In this document: in pieces, positions 11,915 through 24,879 of the stretch
How the letters are laid out: every line of letters begins with the position of its first letter
Numbering within the stretch: the first letter of the stretch is position 1
Origin: the human T2T-CHM13v2.0 reference genome, Homo sapiens
DNA length: 64,000 bases
Strand: one strand, 5' to 3'
Assembly: GCF_009914755.1 (NCBI RefSeq)
Contig: NC_060940.1
The notes under the pieces: generated by a model
The model's database searches: none
What the model was told of the DNA's origin: nothing
The model's input: the letters and a program-made list of their open reading frames with translations, nothing else
Program-made: the position numbers and the translations under genes

Positions 11915-12250
11915 TTCATTCTCCTTTTGTCTGGTTAATCACTACATATCCTTCAGATCACAATACAAACATTACTTCTTTGAGAAAGCCTCCTTCTGAG
12001 TTCTCTAACTAGGCCTATTTCCCTTTTGTTGTATCTCTTATAATTCTATGTACCACCATCAACCCCTGCCTTCAAGAGGTGCACTAACATATATCATAGT
12101 TGTCTATGTGACCATTTGAACACTCTGTCTTTTTTACTAGATTCCAAATTCCAGGAGAGCAGGGTTGAGCCTGGCTGTATCCCTGGGACCCTAGTTCAAT
12201 GTTTGGGACATAATAGATGCTCACCAAATATTTGCTGAATAGATGTATGA
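11915..12250 (+). mobile_element. L2 3' end
   Basis: CCTTCAGATCACAATACAAACATTACTTCTTTGAGAAAGCC ... TAGATGCTCACCAAATATTTGCTGAAT. Confidence 0.75.
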
Positions 12251-12525
12251 GTCCATAAGTGCATAAACACCAAAGGGTAATCACAGAATCAAATCCAATA
12301 TTCTTCTTACAATACATAAAATTTGCAAGACAAAGTGCCCAATTTCTTGTGATCACTGGGACACAGATGGTAAAAGATTTTACTATGTAACTACCTCTTT
12401 CCAGTTCATAGGAAATTTCTGTTGGTCTTGTAAAGGCATTCAGAAGAAAGCATGGTAAACCATCAGAGATCAAGGGAGAGGACTTTAGGAGAGAGTGGGA
12501 AAAGATAGTGCAAATAGGCTTGATT

Positions 12526-12825
12526 GGCCGGGTGTGGTGGCTCATGCTTGCAATCCCAGCACTTTGGGAGGCTGAGGCAGGCAGATCACAAGGTCAGAAG
12601 TTCAAGACCAGCCTGGCAATCTGGTGAAACCCCGTGTCTACTAAAAATATAAAAATTAGCTGGTCGTGGTGGTGTGCGTCTGTAGTCCTAGCTACTCAGT
12701 AGGCTGAGGCAGGAGAATTGCTTGAACCCAAGAGGCGGAGGTTGCAATGAGCCGAGATCACGCTACTGTACTCCAGTCTGGGCGACAGAGTGAGACTCCA
12801 TCTCAAAAAACAAAACAAAAAAAAA
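12526..12825 (+). mobile_element. AluSg-type
   Basis: GATCACAAGGTCAG.AGTTC (lacks CT); TSD AG(G/T)CTTGATT. Confidence 0.9.
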
Positions 12826-13049
12826 GTCTTGATTGACGGAGAACTTCAATACTATCGTCTAATTTAGAAGAATAAAAATTTAGGTTTTGCCACATGCAGA
12901 AACAGAAATCTTAAGTCAGATCAATACAAAATCCTCCCAAGAAATAACTCTTGCTGGTTGGCCCTTTTAGTGGAGACCAGATCAAATAGGTTATGAAACC
13001 ACAAATGGAAATACAGCCACCAAAGCTCAATGCCAATGGTGGTGAGTAT

Positions 13050-13525
13050 TCGCATATTTGCTCGCCCAGCATGTCTTCTGCTGAAGAAGCAATGGCTCTT
13101 TTGAAGAACCAGTTTCATAAAGTTGGTACTGGCTCAGCCTTCCCACCTACCAGGATATATGACCCAAGTCAGAGGGCTTCATCTCATGGGTCACTGTCAT
13201 TTGTACTGAGATGAACATGTGATCAGAGCTGAGCCACTCAAGAGTCTTCTCTGGGACTTTTCTGCCGAAGATAAGAAGGAAGTTACTCTCATTGTGATGG
13301 GTGGGGTGAGCTCTAATATATGGGTTTGGGGAGGCTGTGAGCATTACACCTGCTGCATGGGTGGACCCACCTGAGGAATGAAAAGACAAGGATGCCTGAT
13401 TGCATCCTCTGGGACCTTGGCTGAAGTAGATGAGCCTGGTGGGAGTTGTTAGTTATTTGAGCCAATCAATGAGTTTTTTGTTTTGCTTGAGTTGCGGTTC
13501 TGTGACTTGCGACTATTAAAACACG
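13050..13525 (+). mobile_element. Old MLT1 (K/L-like) LTR remnant
   Basis: TGTGATCAGAGCTGAGCCACTCAAGAGTCTTCTCTGGGACTTTT and 3' end GAGCCAAT...TTCTGTGACTTGCGAC. Confidence 0.5.
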
Positions 13526-15276
13526 TCTAGTTTAATTTATGTTAAAGTGAATATAAACATTTCCTGGATTGGATGAGTGGTGTTCTACAATTGCTTAGGT
13601 TAATACAACCATTTTATAGGCCTAGCCATGACTGGTCTCAAACGGGCTATTACATAGTTCCTGCCATGTTTTAGGTTTCCATGAGATTCTGCTACAGTTG
13701 TTGAGTGGTCCATTAAACAGTATAACCAGACAGTGTGTTCAAAAGGCATCCTGAGAGTGTAGTGTTTTTCTTTATTTCAATCTTAGAGAAAAAGTGGGAC
13801 ATTTTTCATGTCTCTGGAAGTTCCACTATGATGCATTTGGACATTTTTGATAAAATTATGAGGCATAAAAACTTAGAAGCATTGAAGATTAATTTTCCTC
13901 CATAAATATATAGATCATTGTCAAATTCTATATGACTAGTTTTGCCCAGAGCAAAAAATATTTTCCATGTAATTTCCTAGCAATATAGAAGTAGATAATG
14001 GGACAATGGCATTGAAAAAGGCTTTTATGGATTGTAAGTGTCAGGTTAACATTCACAACCTGATGAATTGAGCAGAAGGTGTTGTTAAAATGTAGGGCTT
14101 TGTTGTTTTAAAGTTAAAAATAAAGTTGGGAACTGGTACAATAGTAAAATTAAAGTAAAAGAAAATAAATAATCCGTATCTCTTCTGTTCTGTTTAAATA
14201 TTAAAGTGTCAGCTGCAATTTTGAAATGACACAAAGAAGCTTGCTGAGCTGAAAAAGTGCTTCATTTGTTGGGTTTCTATGCTGTCTGAACTGCAATTTT
14301 GTGTAAGGATGATTTTCTGGTTAGAGGTGTCTGAGTTGTATGGTCTCTTACAGGTTAAGAGGCAAGAACACCAAACATTTGATGATTTTTGTTTCTTCTA
14401 ATTCCTCTCTGACCTCCTGGCCTCTTCTGGGAGTGTACTGTTAGGTGCCCAGGAGACTGAAATCACTCATTCTAGTTGGAATTGCAATTCCATCCTAAAG
14501 CCTCCAACTGCACTGTTTATTATGGCCAACTGGTCATTCCTTCTTCATGGGATTCCCAGAGGCCAAAAAGCCAGTATCTTAAGTACTTCTTTTCACATGA
14601 GGCCATCAAGGTTCCTTGCTCAGATCATTCAATCCCTTGAAACTTAAAGTCTTGTGCATAAAAATGGCTACTGATTTCTGAATATTGGTGCCTTTGTTGG
14701 AATGCTGAATGCTCCTGAATGGAGCTTTGATAACTGGAAATACTGCATCAGACATCCTGGCATGGCATGATCCGGCTGCGTTCTCTCCATGTGGAATTGG
14801 CAGCCTTGTTGAGAAAACATGAAGAAAGATAAAGGAATATTGGAGCTTTATTTTTCTTGAAGGTGTCCCAGGGTAGGATTCCAAGAACCACGGGGCTCTG
14901 GTGGAGCAGTAGAATGGGGAATTCACATGGTCAAGCCAAGGTACCTAGGAAGCATTAAGAAACCAAGCTGCCCTAGATCCAAAGCCAGATATACAGGAGG
15001 TAAATCTCAGGGTGAAGAATTTGGAAAAGGGTTGAGAAAGTATTGAAGCAAGCAGATGCCAGAAATAAACGAGGAGGATTCTAGGATACCAACAAAGATG
15101 TCTTTGTGGTATCTATTTATAGTGGAACTTTTATTATTTTTTTTAACATCAGAACTCCCTTCCTCTGCGTAAGGAATTTTCCATTGCAGAAGTTTTTGGA
15201 GAAGCAGAGCTCGCTTCTCACAATAGAACATAAAGTTTTAGCATACTAATTTTTCCAAAAATCCCTGAAGCTAGGG

Positions 15277-15492
15277 CAGGGTTTCTCAATCTCAGCACTC
15301 TTGACATTTTAAACAAGATAATCTTATGTTGTGGGAAGCAGTCCTGTGTATTGTAGGATTTTTAGCAGCTTCCCTGTCTTCTATGGGTGAGATCCCAGGA
15401 GAACCCCCTACCCCTAGTTGTAACAGCTAAAACTGTCTCCAGACATTGTTAAATGTCCCCTGGAAGACAAACAGTCCAGTTGAGAACCACTG
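15277..15492 (-). mobile_element. MER20
   Basis: CAGGGTTTCTCAATCTCAGCACTCTTGACATTTT ... TGTCTCCAGACATTG ... GTTGAGAACCACTG. Confidence 0.9.
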
Positions 15493-15797
15493 GTCTAGAC
15501 GGTGGCTCATGATCTAGATTCAGCCAATCAAATGCATTTTCCTCCAGAACTGGGAGCTTGAGAGTCCATGAAGAAGCCTCCAGGAAGTTTATCACCCTCA
15601 TCAGCAATGAGGGCTGCACCACCAGCAGCACCAATGGTAGTCAGTTCTGAAATTATAGCAAACTGCAGGTGTCTTTGATAGGAGATCCAGCAGTGTCCAG
15701 GGCCAGCCAAATTAGCAAGCATTTAATGTCAGTGATGTCGCCAAACTAGTTCTGGACTGCGATATTGGCTGAGGCACATTCTGCCTATATCCTGGCA

Positions 15798-15859
15798 GAA
15801 GGAAGGAAGGAAGGAAGGAAGGAAAGAAGGAAGGAAGGAAGGAAGGAAGGAAGGAAGGA

Positions 15860-15911
<52 letters not shown>

Positions 15912-16112
15912 AGGAAGGAAAGAAAGAAAAAAGGAAGAAGGGAAGGAAGGAAGGAGAGAAAGGAAAGAAAGAGAAAGAAAGAGAGAAAGAAAGAAAAAAG
16001 AGAGAAAGGAAGTCAGGAAGGAAGGCAGGAAGGCAGGAAGGAAGGAAGGAGAAGAAAGAAGAAAGAAAGAGAAAGAAAAGAAAGAAAAAAAAAGAAAAGA
16101 AATAAAAGAGAA
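15798..16112. repeat. (GGAA)n/(GAAA)n polypurine compound repeat
   Basis: ~310 bp almost purely A/G on the + strand. Confidence 0.95.
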
Positions 16113-16334
16113 CCTAGCTCTCCAACTTTTCTGGTGAACAACCATAATAGTATTTCAGTAAATCCCTTATCTGCTTAAATGAGCTATGGTCCATTTTGGT
16201 TACTTAAACTAAGAGCCATAACAAATAGACCATCCCTTATATTTAACTGGGAAAATAGCCAGATCCTAGGATAGCAAGGGAACTCAATTCAGAGTTCTTG
16301 AAACAAGATACACCTAGCTGTATTCAGATCTAAA

Positions 16335-17104
16335 GTCCAATGGATGTAGAATGAAATATATATGCCCCGAGGAATTTTCTCCCCTGCTCCACTCAACTTT
16401 TGCCTAATCTACCTCTGAAACTTCATGAAATACACAAGAAAATGGTGCATAGATACTCTCTGCAGAAAGCTTATGTATTTAAGAATGCATTAGGAGGCCA
16501 ACTCTCTGGGTTTACATACAGGCATGTAATAGTGGGTAAGTCTGGATACTTAACTGCCTTGTAATTCAGTCTCCTCATCTACTCTACAAAATGCAAGTGA
16601 AATTTCCAGTATTAAAGACAATGGATTTAAAAAAAAAAACCATGAAGGTTGGCTGGGTGCCGTGGCTCATGCCTGTAATCCCAGAATTTTCAGAGGCCAA
16701 AGTGGGCAGATCACTTGAGGCCAGGAGATCAAGACCAGCCTGGCCAACATGGGGAAACCCCATCTCTACTAAAAATATAAAGATTATTAGCCGGGCATGA
16801 CGGTGTGTTCCTGTAGTCCTAGCTACTCAGGAGGCCAAGGCAGGAGAATCAGTTGAACCTGGGAAGAGGAGGCTGCAATGAGCCAAGATCGCACCAATGC
16901 AGTCCGGCCTGAGTGACAGAGTGAGACTTTGTCTCAAAAAAGAAACAAAACAAAAAAAAAAAAAAACAAAACCAGCAAAAACCATGAAGGGGTTCTCAAT
17001 TGATTTTGCCTGCTCTGCATACATTTATCTTTTTTGTTTGTTTGTTTGTTTTTTGGGTTTTGCTGTTGTTGTTGTTATATCATGCCAATTTTCTTTTTCC
17101 TTAG
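16335..17104 (+). repeat. Local duplication copy 1 (interrupted by Alu); partner 19346-19751
   Basis: ~90% identity by manual alignment (about 29 mismatches over the first ~295 bp). Confidence 0.93.
16651..16976 (+). mobile_element. Alu (Sz/Jb-like)
   Basis: TCACTTGAGGCCAGGAG; TSD AAAAACCATGAAGG at 16635-16648 and 16977-16990. Confidence 0.9.
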
Positions 17105-17109
17105 GTGAA

Positions 17110-17544
17110 TCGTCTATGTGTAGGAAATTGACTGAAGCCTACCAATCAGCATTTTCTATATCCTAAACCACAGCGATCAGTTTCACGTGAAATTATGACT
17201 CAAACTTGTCTAATCAGTCAGTTTTTGAATGCTGGCTGAAGCAAGCAGCAAGAAATGTTTACTGTTTCCAGTTCAGTTTCTGGGGGTTATAAATACAAGC
17301 GTGGTGCTTCTGGCAACCTTCTTGCTATTGTGAGGAAGGATCAGCTTGAGAATGGGGGGATAAAGAGAAAAGTGCAGCAGAGAGAAGAGAGTGAAATACA
17401 GTTTTGATATCTGCATTTAAAGCCCTGGATCCAGCTGTACCTTAAGCAAGTACTAGCGTTGCATTCCCCAGTGCATTCCCCTTCTTGCTTAAGGCAGTTG
17501 GAGCTGGGTTTCTGTCTCTTGCAACACAGGGTAGCTGAATTACA
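17110..17544 (+). mobile_element. MLT1K-like LTR
   Basis: AGCCCTGGATCCAGCTGTACCT ... TTGGAGCTGGGTTTCTGTCTCTTGCAAC ... TACA. Confidence 0.7.
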
Positions 17545-18329
17545 TTGCCACCTAGTGCACAGGGAGCCCTCACCACAAAGGTACCAACAGTAAAACCACA
17601 ATAAATGTTTGAAGAATTAATCGTGATGATTGTTCTTTGATTTCTGTTGCCAGCATCTGGCACAGGAGACGTCAATAATCACGTATTGTATTGGAGTTGA
17701 ATTGCATGAATGCAAGGAGCCAGGTCTTAGGACATGAAATGATGAATTTCCATTTGTCAAGGCTACCGAGTTGAGACAGTTAAAGTCTTTGGGGGAAAAT
17801 GAGCCTCTTGCACTCGCACGGAGGACATTTGTGCTTCTCAAACACTTTATAGCTCTCCAACTCTGTGGGGATTAAGGTTTGTATGTCCAGGAAGGTTTTT
17901 AGAATGCTTTTTTTTTTTTCCAGGATGCTTTTAGGGTAATGAAATTGCGACAAGCAATACCAACCTGGGATTGTTGCCCGGGGCTCAGTCACAAGTCCCT
18001 CAGCTTCAAACTCTGCAGCCAGGAGCTCTAACATGATCTCTGGCATAGAATGCCCATATTTAAAAGTCACCGCCAAAGGACTTTCAGATCAATATTATCT
18101 GCCTGTAGCATTTCCTCACATATTACATTAAAAAGACTAATTCCTTAGAGAGTTGTAAAGATGTTTTAGTGCAGAGCATATATTATGAATGTTTCATCAT
18201 TATTCCTCAGGATTTATTTAACATTTTACTCGACAGTCCCTTTGGATTTTTGATTGATTACTAGGCAAATTAGATAAGAAAACTCTTTCTGTAAGAGATT
18301 CTCGTGCAGCATCCATAGCCGTGGTGGTG

Positions 18330-18520
18330 ATAATGATGATAGCATAGCGCTTCTTGTGTCAACAACGATGCTAAGCAGTTCACACATACAAATGTCGTTT
18401 AGTTTTTACCCCGTTTGAAGAAGATATTATCTCCATTTTACAGATGAAGAACTGAGGTTTATGGAGTTCATGAGTCAAGGTCAGGGTTTGTTGAACTTCA
18501 AAGCCAATGTTTTTAATACA
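18330..18520 (-). mobile_element. MIR
   Basis: ATTATCTCCATTTTACAGATGAAGAACTGAGG core. Confidence 0.75.
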
Positions 18521-19345
18521 TGCTCTTTTCACATTCACTTAGTCCGCATAATGTTATCATGAGGTGAGTGGTCTTTCTATCAACCCATTGTACCAAGGGG
18601 GTAAGAAATATTCAGACATGCATATAGTACTGGTAGAGACTAGTTTGATCCCCAATAGCTGAGATCCCTAGCTAGTGCAGGAGACAGTTATGCTTCTCTG
18701 TTACCTGATACACCCTGATTCTCAGTGTGTATACCTTTAGGTTAATGTTGCCATGAAAAACAAATTTCAGGTTCAAATACAACAGGGAAGCATTGTTTAT
18801 TCTCTGTCCTCTCTTTGGGATTCACAAACATATGCCCCAGTGAAAGGTTCTGAGACAATCTATGGAGAAGAATCCTGTTTTAAGCTTATTTTACAAATGT
18901 GTTTGGAAGTATCAGGTTCTGGAACTTTTGGGTTTGTTGGTTGTGTTTGTTGGTTTCCTCCTTATAACAACAGTTTACTTACTTGAGTATATTAAAAAAA
19001 AATCAGGCCTTCAGTGTCATCTCTTAACACTCCTCAGGCAACACTATGGTGAGAGGGTGGGCTCAATGTAGACATAAGGAACCCCATGTGTGATGGCAGG
19101 TTTTAAGTTTCTTTGCTAAGTAAATGACAGTCATTAGATTGACTGGCTCATTTTTCTTCTCTCCATGGAAATAACATCCTAAGGGATAGGTGGCATATAT
19201 TCTTACTGCTGATTCTACTAGAATCTACAGAGGACCGACAAGTAGTTCATCTTCATCTTGTTTTGGAACAATTTTATAAAGTCTGTAGCTCTACTTTTCA
19301 GTATTTCAGTCAGTTTGCAAGTCATTAGGATTCTTGATGGGCAGG

Positions 19346-19751
19346 GTCCAGTGGATGTAGAATGAAACAAATATGTCCCCAGGAATTTTCTCCCCTGCTT
19401 CACCCAACTTTTGCCTAACCTACCTCTGAAACTTCAGGAAATACACAAGAAAATGGTGCATAGATGCTCTCTGCAGAAAGCTTGTGTATTTAAGAGTGCA
19501 TTAGGAGGCCAACTTTCTGGGTTTACATACAGGCACATAATAGCAGGTACATTTGGATACATAACTCCTTTGTGTTTCAGTCTCCTCATCTACTCTACAA
19601 AATGCAGGTGAGATTTCCAGTATTAAAGACCATGGATTAAAAAAAAACATGAAGGGGTTCTGAATTCATTTTGCAGCCTCTACATACGTTTCTCTTTTAT
19701 TTGTTTCATTTTTGTAGTTGTTGTTATATCACACTAATTTTCTTTTTCTAG
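19346..19751 (+). repeat. Local duplication copy 2 (no Alu)
   Basis: Aligns to 16335-16650 plus 16991-17104. Confidence 0.93.
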
Positions 19752-19762
19752 TCAGCCTGGAC

Positions 19763-20426
19763 CAGCGATTCTCAATGGGAGTGATTTTTTTTTTTTAAGC
19801 TACCCTAACCATTTTCCCCTTCCAGGGATTTGTCCTGTTAATAGTTGATTTAGAAAAGTTCAATTTTAAGAAAAAAATATAACTATTGTATCCATAATAT
19901 AAGGAAGATAAAGAAAAATCAAAATTTCTCAATGGAAGGAGAAAACGCACCAGGAAAATGTCACTACAAGGTGGAGAAAAATTAGCAGTACTTTCTTTTT
20001 TTATTATTATTATACTTTAAGTTTTGGGATACATGTGCAGAACATGCAGATTTGTTACATAGGTATACACGTGCCATGGTGGTTTGCTGCACCCATCAAC
20101 CCGTCATCTACATTAGGTATTTCTCCTAATGCTATACCTCCCCTGGCCCGCCACCCCCGACCCCAGCTCAGGTGTGTGATGTTCCCCTCCTTGTGTCCAT
20201 GTGTTCTCATTGTTCAACTCAATGGGAGTAATTTTTAAGCTCCTCCCACTGCCAGGGGGCATTGGGCCATGTCTGGAGATAGTGGTGGTTGTCGCAACTG
20301 AAAGGGGGCAGTACTGGCATCTGGTGGGTAAAGCTAAATATTTTACAGTACACACAACAGTCTCAAGCAACAAGCAAATGTTCAGACCAAAATGTCAGTA
20401 GTACTGAGGTTGACTCAGAACTACTG
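19763..20426 (+). mobile_element. MER20 split by an L1 insertion (19763-19789 and 20221-20426)
   Basis: CAGCGATTCTCAATGGGAGTGATTTT then GGGGGCATTGGGCCATGTCTGGAGA ... AAAATGTCAGTAGTACTGAGGTTGA. Confidence 0.85.
19992..20220 (-). mobile_element. L1PA7-like 5'-truncated 3' UTR
   Basis: TTATTATACTTTAAGTTTTGGGATACATGTGCAGAAC...GGTGGTTTGCTGCACCCATCAACCCGTCATCTACATTAGG. Confidence 0.92.
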
Positions 20427-20429
20427 GGC

Positions 20430-21170
<741 letters not shown>

Positions 21171-21344
21171 GTCCCTGGCATGCACAGAAAGTTCGTTTTG
21201 AATAAATGCTGAATAAATAAGGCACAAGAGCCAAAATGTTTATACAGCAATTAAACAGTGGCAAAACATAATTTTAATTTAAGAGACTAGCATTGTTGCT
21301 CAGAAAATAGTTCTTAGGCCCATGCATCAAGATTTAAGCAACAG

Positions 21345-21550
21345 ACTTAATATTTTTTAAGTACCCACTACTGTCACGCACTTGGATTGTGTTAGTTCAT
21401 TAAATACCTCTGTGATATAGCTATCACACGTTTCATAGATTAGGTAATTGAAAATCAGAGAGTTCAAGATTCCAGCATGAGTGCACACAGCAAATAAGTT
21501 ACAGTGTCAGTATGCAAATCAAAGACACATTCCAAAACCCCTGTTCTTTT
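21345..21550 (-). mobile_element. MIR (degenerate)
   Basis: TTTCATAGATTAGGTAATTGAAAATCAGAGAG...CACACAGCAAATAAGT. Confidence 0.55.
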
Positions 21551-23069
21551 CTTTTCATCAGCATCTTTCACCGCCTTTGTCATGCACTATTCCTATGACA
21601 TGATCCTTGCCAAAACAGTCTCAGGAGCTAAGGCATTTGAAAAACTCTGAATACTGTTTTGTCTTATTTTTCTTGTAACATCACAATGCCTATTAGGTTA
21701 CGTAAAGCATATACGGCTTATTTTAAAGAGACCAATTAGACCAAGTAGATGAAAGACTCCTTTATTTTCATTATACATATTAATATTCCATGCAATTAAG
21801 TAAAATAAGTCTTGGGAAATATTATTTTCTTGCAGCAGTTCTATTTGCAATTTGGAATTTAATTTTATGCCCACACCAATGCATATAATAGGTACTATTA
21901 TATCTAAACCACTGTTTTTAGAGAGCAGTGTAGTGTACCTATAATGGTAGTAACTGGGCAATCCGGAAATAGAGGTTTGGTTCTTATTATTTTTAATTTT
22001 ATTATTATTAATTAGCACAATGGTTTTTCCCTAGATTTTATACTTTATTTGGTTAAAATATTTACTTTCCTAGATTTGGGGGTTCATCATATATGATGGG
22101 GGTTGGTGCTGAATTAGTTAAGGGGTGGCATGTAGGTCTTATCTTCTATTCCAAATAAAATATGATTTTGTTTTGTTTTACGTTATCTGGTTTTATTTTG
22201 TTTATTTAGTGTCTCTGGGGATTAGCTTCAGTTCAGAGCCAATATCAATTCATCCCCAAAAGAGTTTTACCTTTCACCAATTTACAGTCACACTAGTAAA
22301 TGGCCCTACTTGCGTCTCGGGAAAGTTTTACTGAAGATTCACAAAACACACATGTGTTCACATGGCAGGGTCCTTTGGGGCCCCAAGGATGTGAGTAGGT
22401 TTACCTCTATAAACTGGATAGGAGGCTGTAAATCCCCACCCCAATGACTTAGGTTGGGTTCCTGCCCACCAGCTTGGAGTCATTGCCTGAATATGTCAGG
22501 AAGCCCTGTGGTGGGGGCCGCCCTTGTACTTAATTCCTAAGATCTTGTGAACAGTTATGCATTGTCACATATCCCTAGAGGTCCTGCACTCCGACTACTA
22601 CTTCATCTCTGTGGGTTATTCTGGTAATTGTACTCGCCTTGTGTTATGGGCTACCTGTTTGTGACCCTGACAAAAAGACAAAAAAAAAAAATAAATTCCA
22701 ACTTAAATATGTTGAGTGTGACTGCCCGGAACAGTGTGTTGACAAAGAATCTGAGTCCAGATTCAACAGAAATGAAGAGTTCTCTGAGTGGTGCATAGGG
22801 TCTGCCTTGACCACAGGTGGCAGAAGTGGTATGCCATGTGCTGTAAATTTGTCATGACTGAACTAAGGGAAGACTGAGGTCATTTTCAACTGTAATTTCT
22901 GTGATTGCTGTGGAAAATTAGATAATGATATGCTCCTCCTCCTACCTACAAATACAATGTGGTGGGAGAACAGGGTGGATCATTGACCAAGCATAACCTA
23001 CCAGGTCCATGGCATGTTCTAAAATCCAAGTACAAGGGAATGTGAACCCTCTGGATAGATCAGAGAAAT

Positions 23070-23240
23070 ACATTGCTGATAGAGGCTGTAGGACATCTTG
23101 TAAAAAGTGAGATTTCAGCTGGATTTTGAAGAATGTGTAGGAGCTTGGCAGGCAGAGATGAGGGAAAGGCAGTCCAGGCAGAAGAAATAACACTGCTAGA
23201 GGCTGACGAAAGGAAGGTCTGTTTGATGACAGTGAATGCC
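23070..23240 (-). mobile_element. L2 fragment
   Basis: GTGAGATTTCAGCTGGATTTTGAAGAATGTGTAGGAG...GGCAGTCCAGGCAGAAGAAA. Confidence 0.65.
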
Positions 23241-24027
23241 CAGACTAGTGGGAGCATTTAGAGACTTTGGGCCTGAAGCAGGGACCAGGAGAGACCGTGG
23301 AACAGACTGAAGCCAGGTAAGTGGAAATCAGTTCTCCATGTACTCTCAATGCTGAACTCTGGAGGTTGCTGGCTTCCTGGTGTTCCTGTAGCTGTGGGGA
23401 CTCATGCTGCTTGAAGCAGCCTCGACAGAGTGTCCTTGGAAGAGCTGTCCTTGCTGGTGGCCTGCTCACTTGCCCAATGCTGACGGAGCTGGCTTGGGGC
23501 GTCTGTCCCCTCTGCTTTTCCTCACCACCCAGGGCTCCCTTCCTGGGACTGGGCCTCATGAAATGTTTCCCGTTTCAATTTCAGCTCTGCTGGGAGGAGC
23601 TCTTTTATCTCAGCTGCTTCTCTACCATCAAAGCCCACTCAACTTTGAGTAGCTGCCCGCCCCCTCGCCGGTCCTGTCCTCCCTAGAATCCTGCCTGGAG
23701 GTTTTAATTCAGAGTCTCAGAAGACAAGCAAGGGGGTTGCTTTTGATTGATCAGTCAAACACAATCCCCTTCACAATTGTCTTTGGAGACTCAGGCTCCT
23801 GACATGAAAGATAAAAACAAGAGATGCCAGCTTGGTTTAAGATGGAAGTTTGTGCTAGATCTTTCTGTTCTTCCTTCAACTCAGAAAAAAGTAAAATAAA
23901 AGGTTTCTCTCTCTGTTCATTCAGTGCCTTGTTTCCTTTTCTACCCATCTTGTTCCATTTCCCAAGGGAATTTTTACTTATTTCAGAAGTAATAAAAGCC
24001 ATCCTATCTTTACCGAGGTTCCTCTGA

Positions 24028-24258
24028 TCACTTTATGTATATTCTAGGCCTTCTACTTATATGACTTATTTAATCTTAACCACTATCTGATGAAGTGGGT
24101 ACCATTATTAACCCCATTTTACAGATGTGGAAACTGAGTCAGGAAGTGCTTAAGTAATTCATCCCTGGTAATGCAGCTGTTAAGTGATGAAGCTGAGATT
24201 TAATATCAGGCAATCTGGCTCTCCAGAGTCCCTGCTTTTTTCCAACATGCTACGCTGT
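24028..24258 (-). mobile_element. MIR
   Basis: ACCCCATTTTACAGATGTGGAAACTGAG core. Confidence 0.85.
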
Positions 24259-24345
24259 GTCCCTGACGTTTCACTTTTGGGGTGATACACTGTATGTTGA
24301 CTTACAGCAAGGAAATCTACTAATCCAGTACTTCATCACTGAAAC

Positions 24346-24643
<298 letters not shown>

Positions 24644-24879
24644 TGAAGCATTTTTTTAATCACCTGAATGCATGGACAAAGAATGATGGGTTAAATGAAA
24701 TGAAAATATGTAACCTCAAGGACTGATATCAACTTTGTGGGAGGTCTCCTAGGTGTGCCTAGTTTAATATTTTAATCTAGAAAATGGACAAAGAAAATAT
24801 GCAAGATTCTTCAACCTTCTATACTTCAGCCAATAGGAGAAGGATAAAAACAGGGTAAGGAATGAATACCATAGGATCG

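Larger units (their letters stand above)
15120..16229 (+). mobile_element. LTR33-like ERVL LTR interrupted by MER20 and a GA-rich repeat
   Basis: TCCCTGAAGCTAGGG ... CATGATCTAGATTCAGCCAATCAAATGCA ... AGTAAATCCCTTATCTGCTTAAA...AACTAAGAGCC. Confidence 0.55.

Noticed and set aside
15729-16178. 137-138 aa ORFs on both strands
   Set aside because: Translations of the GA-rich microsatellite; low complexity.
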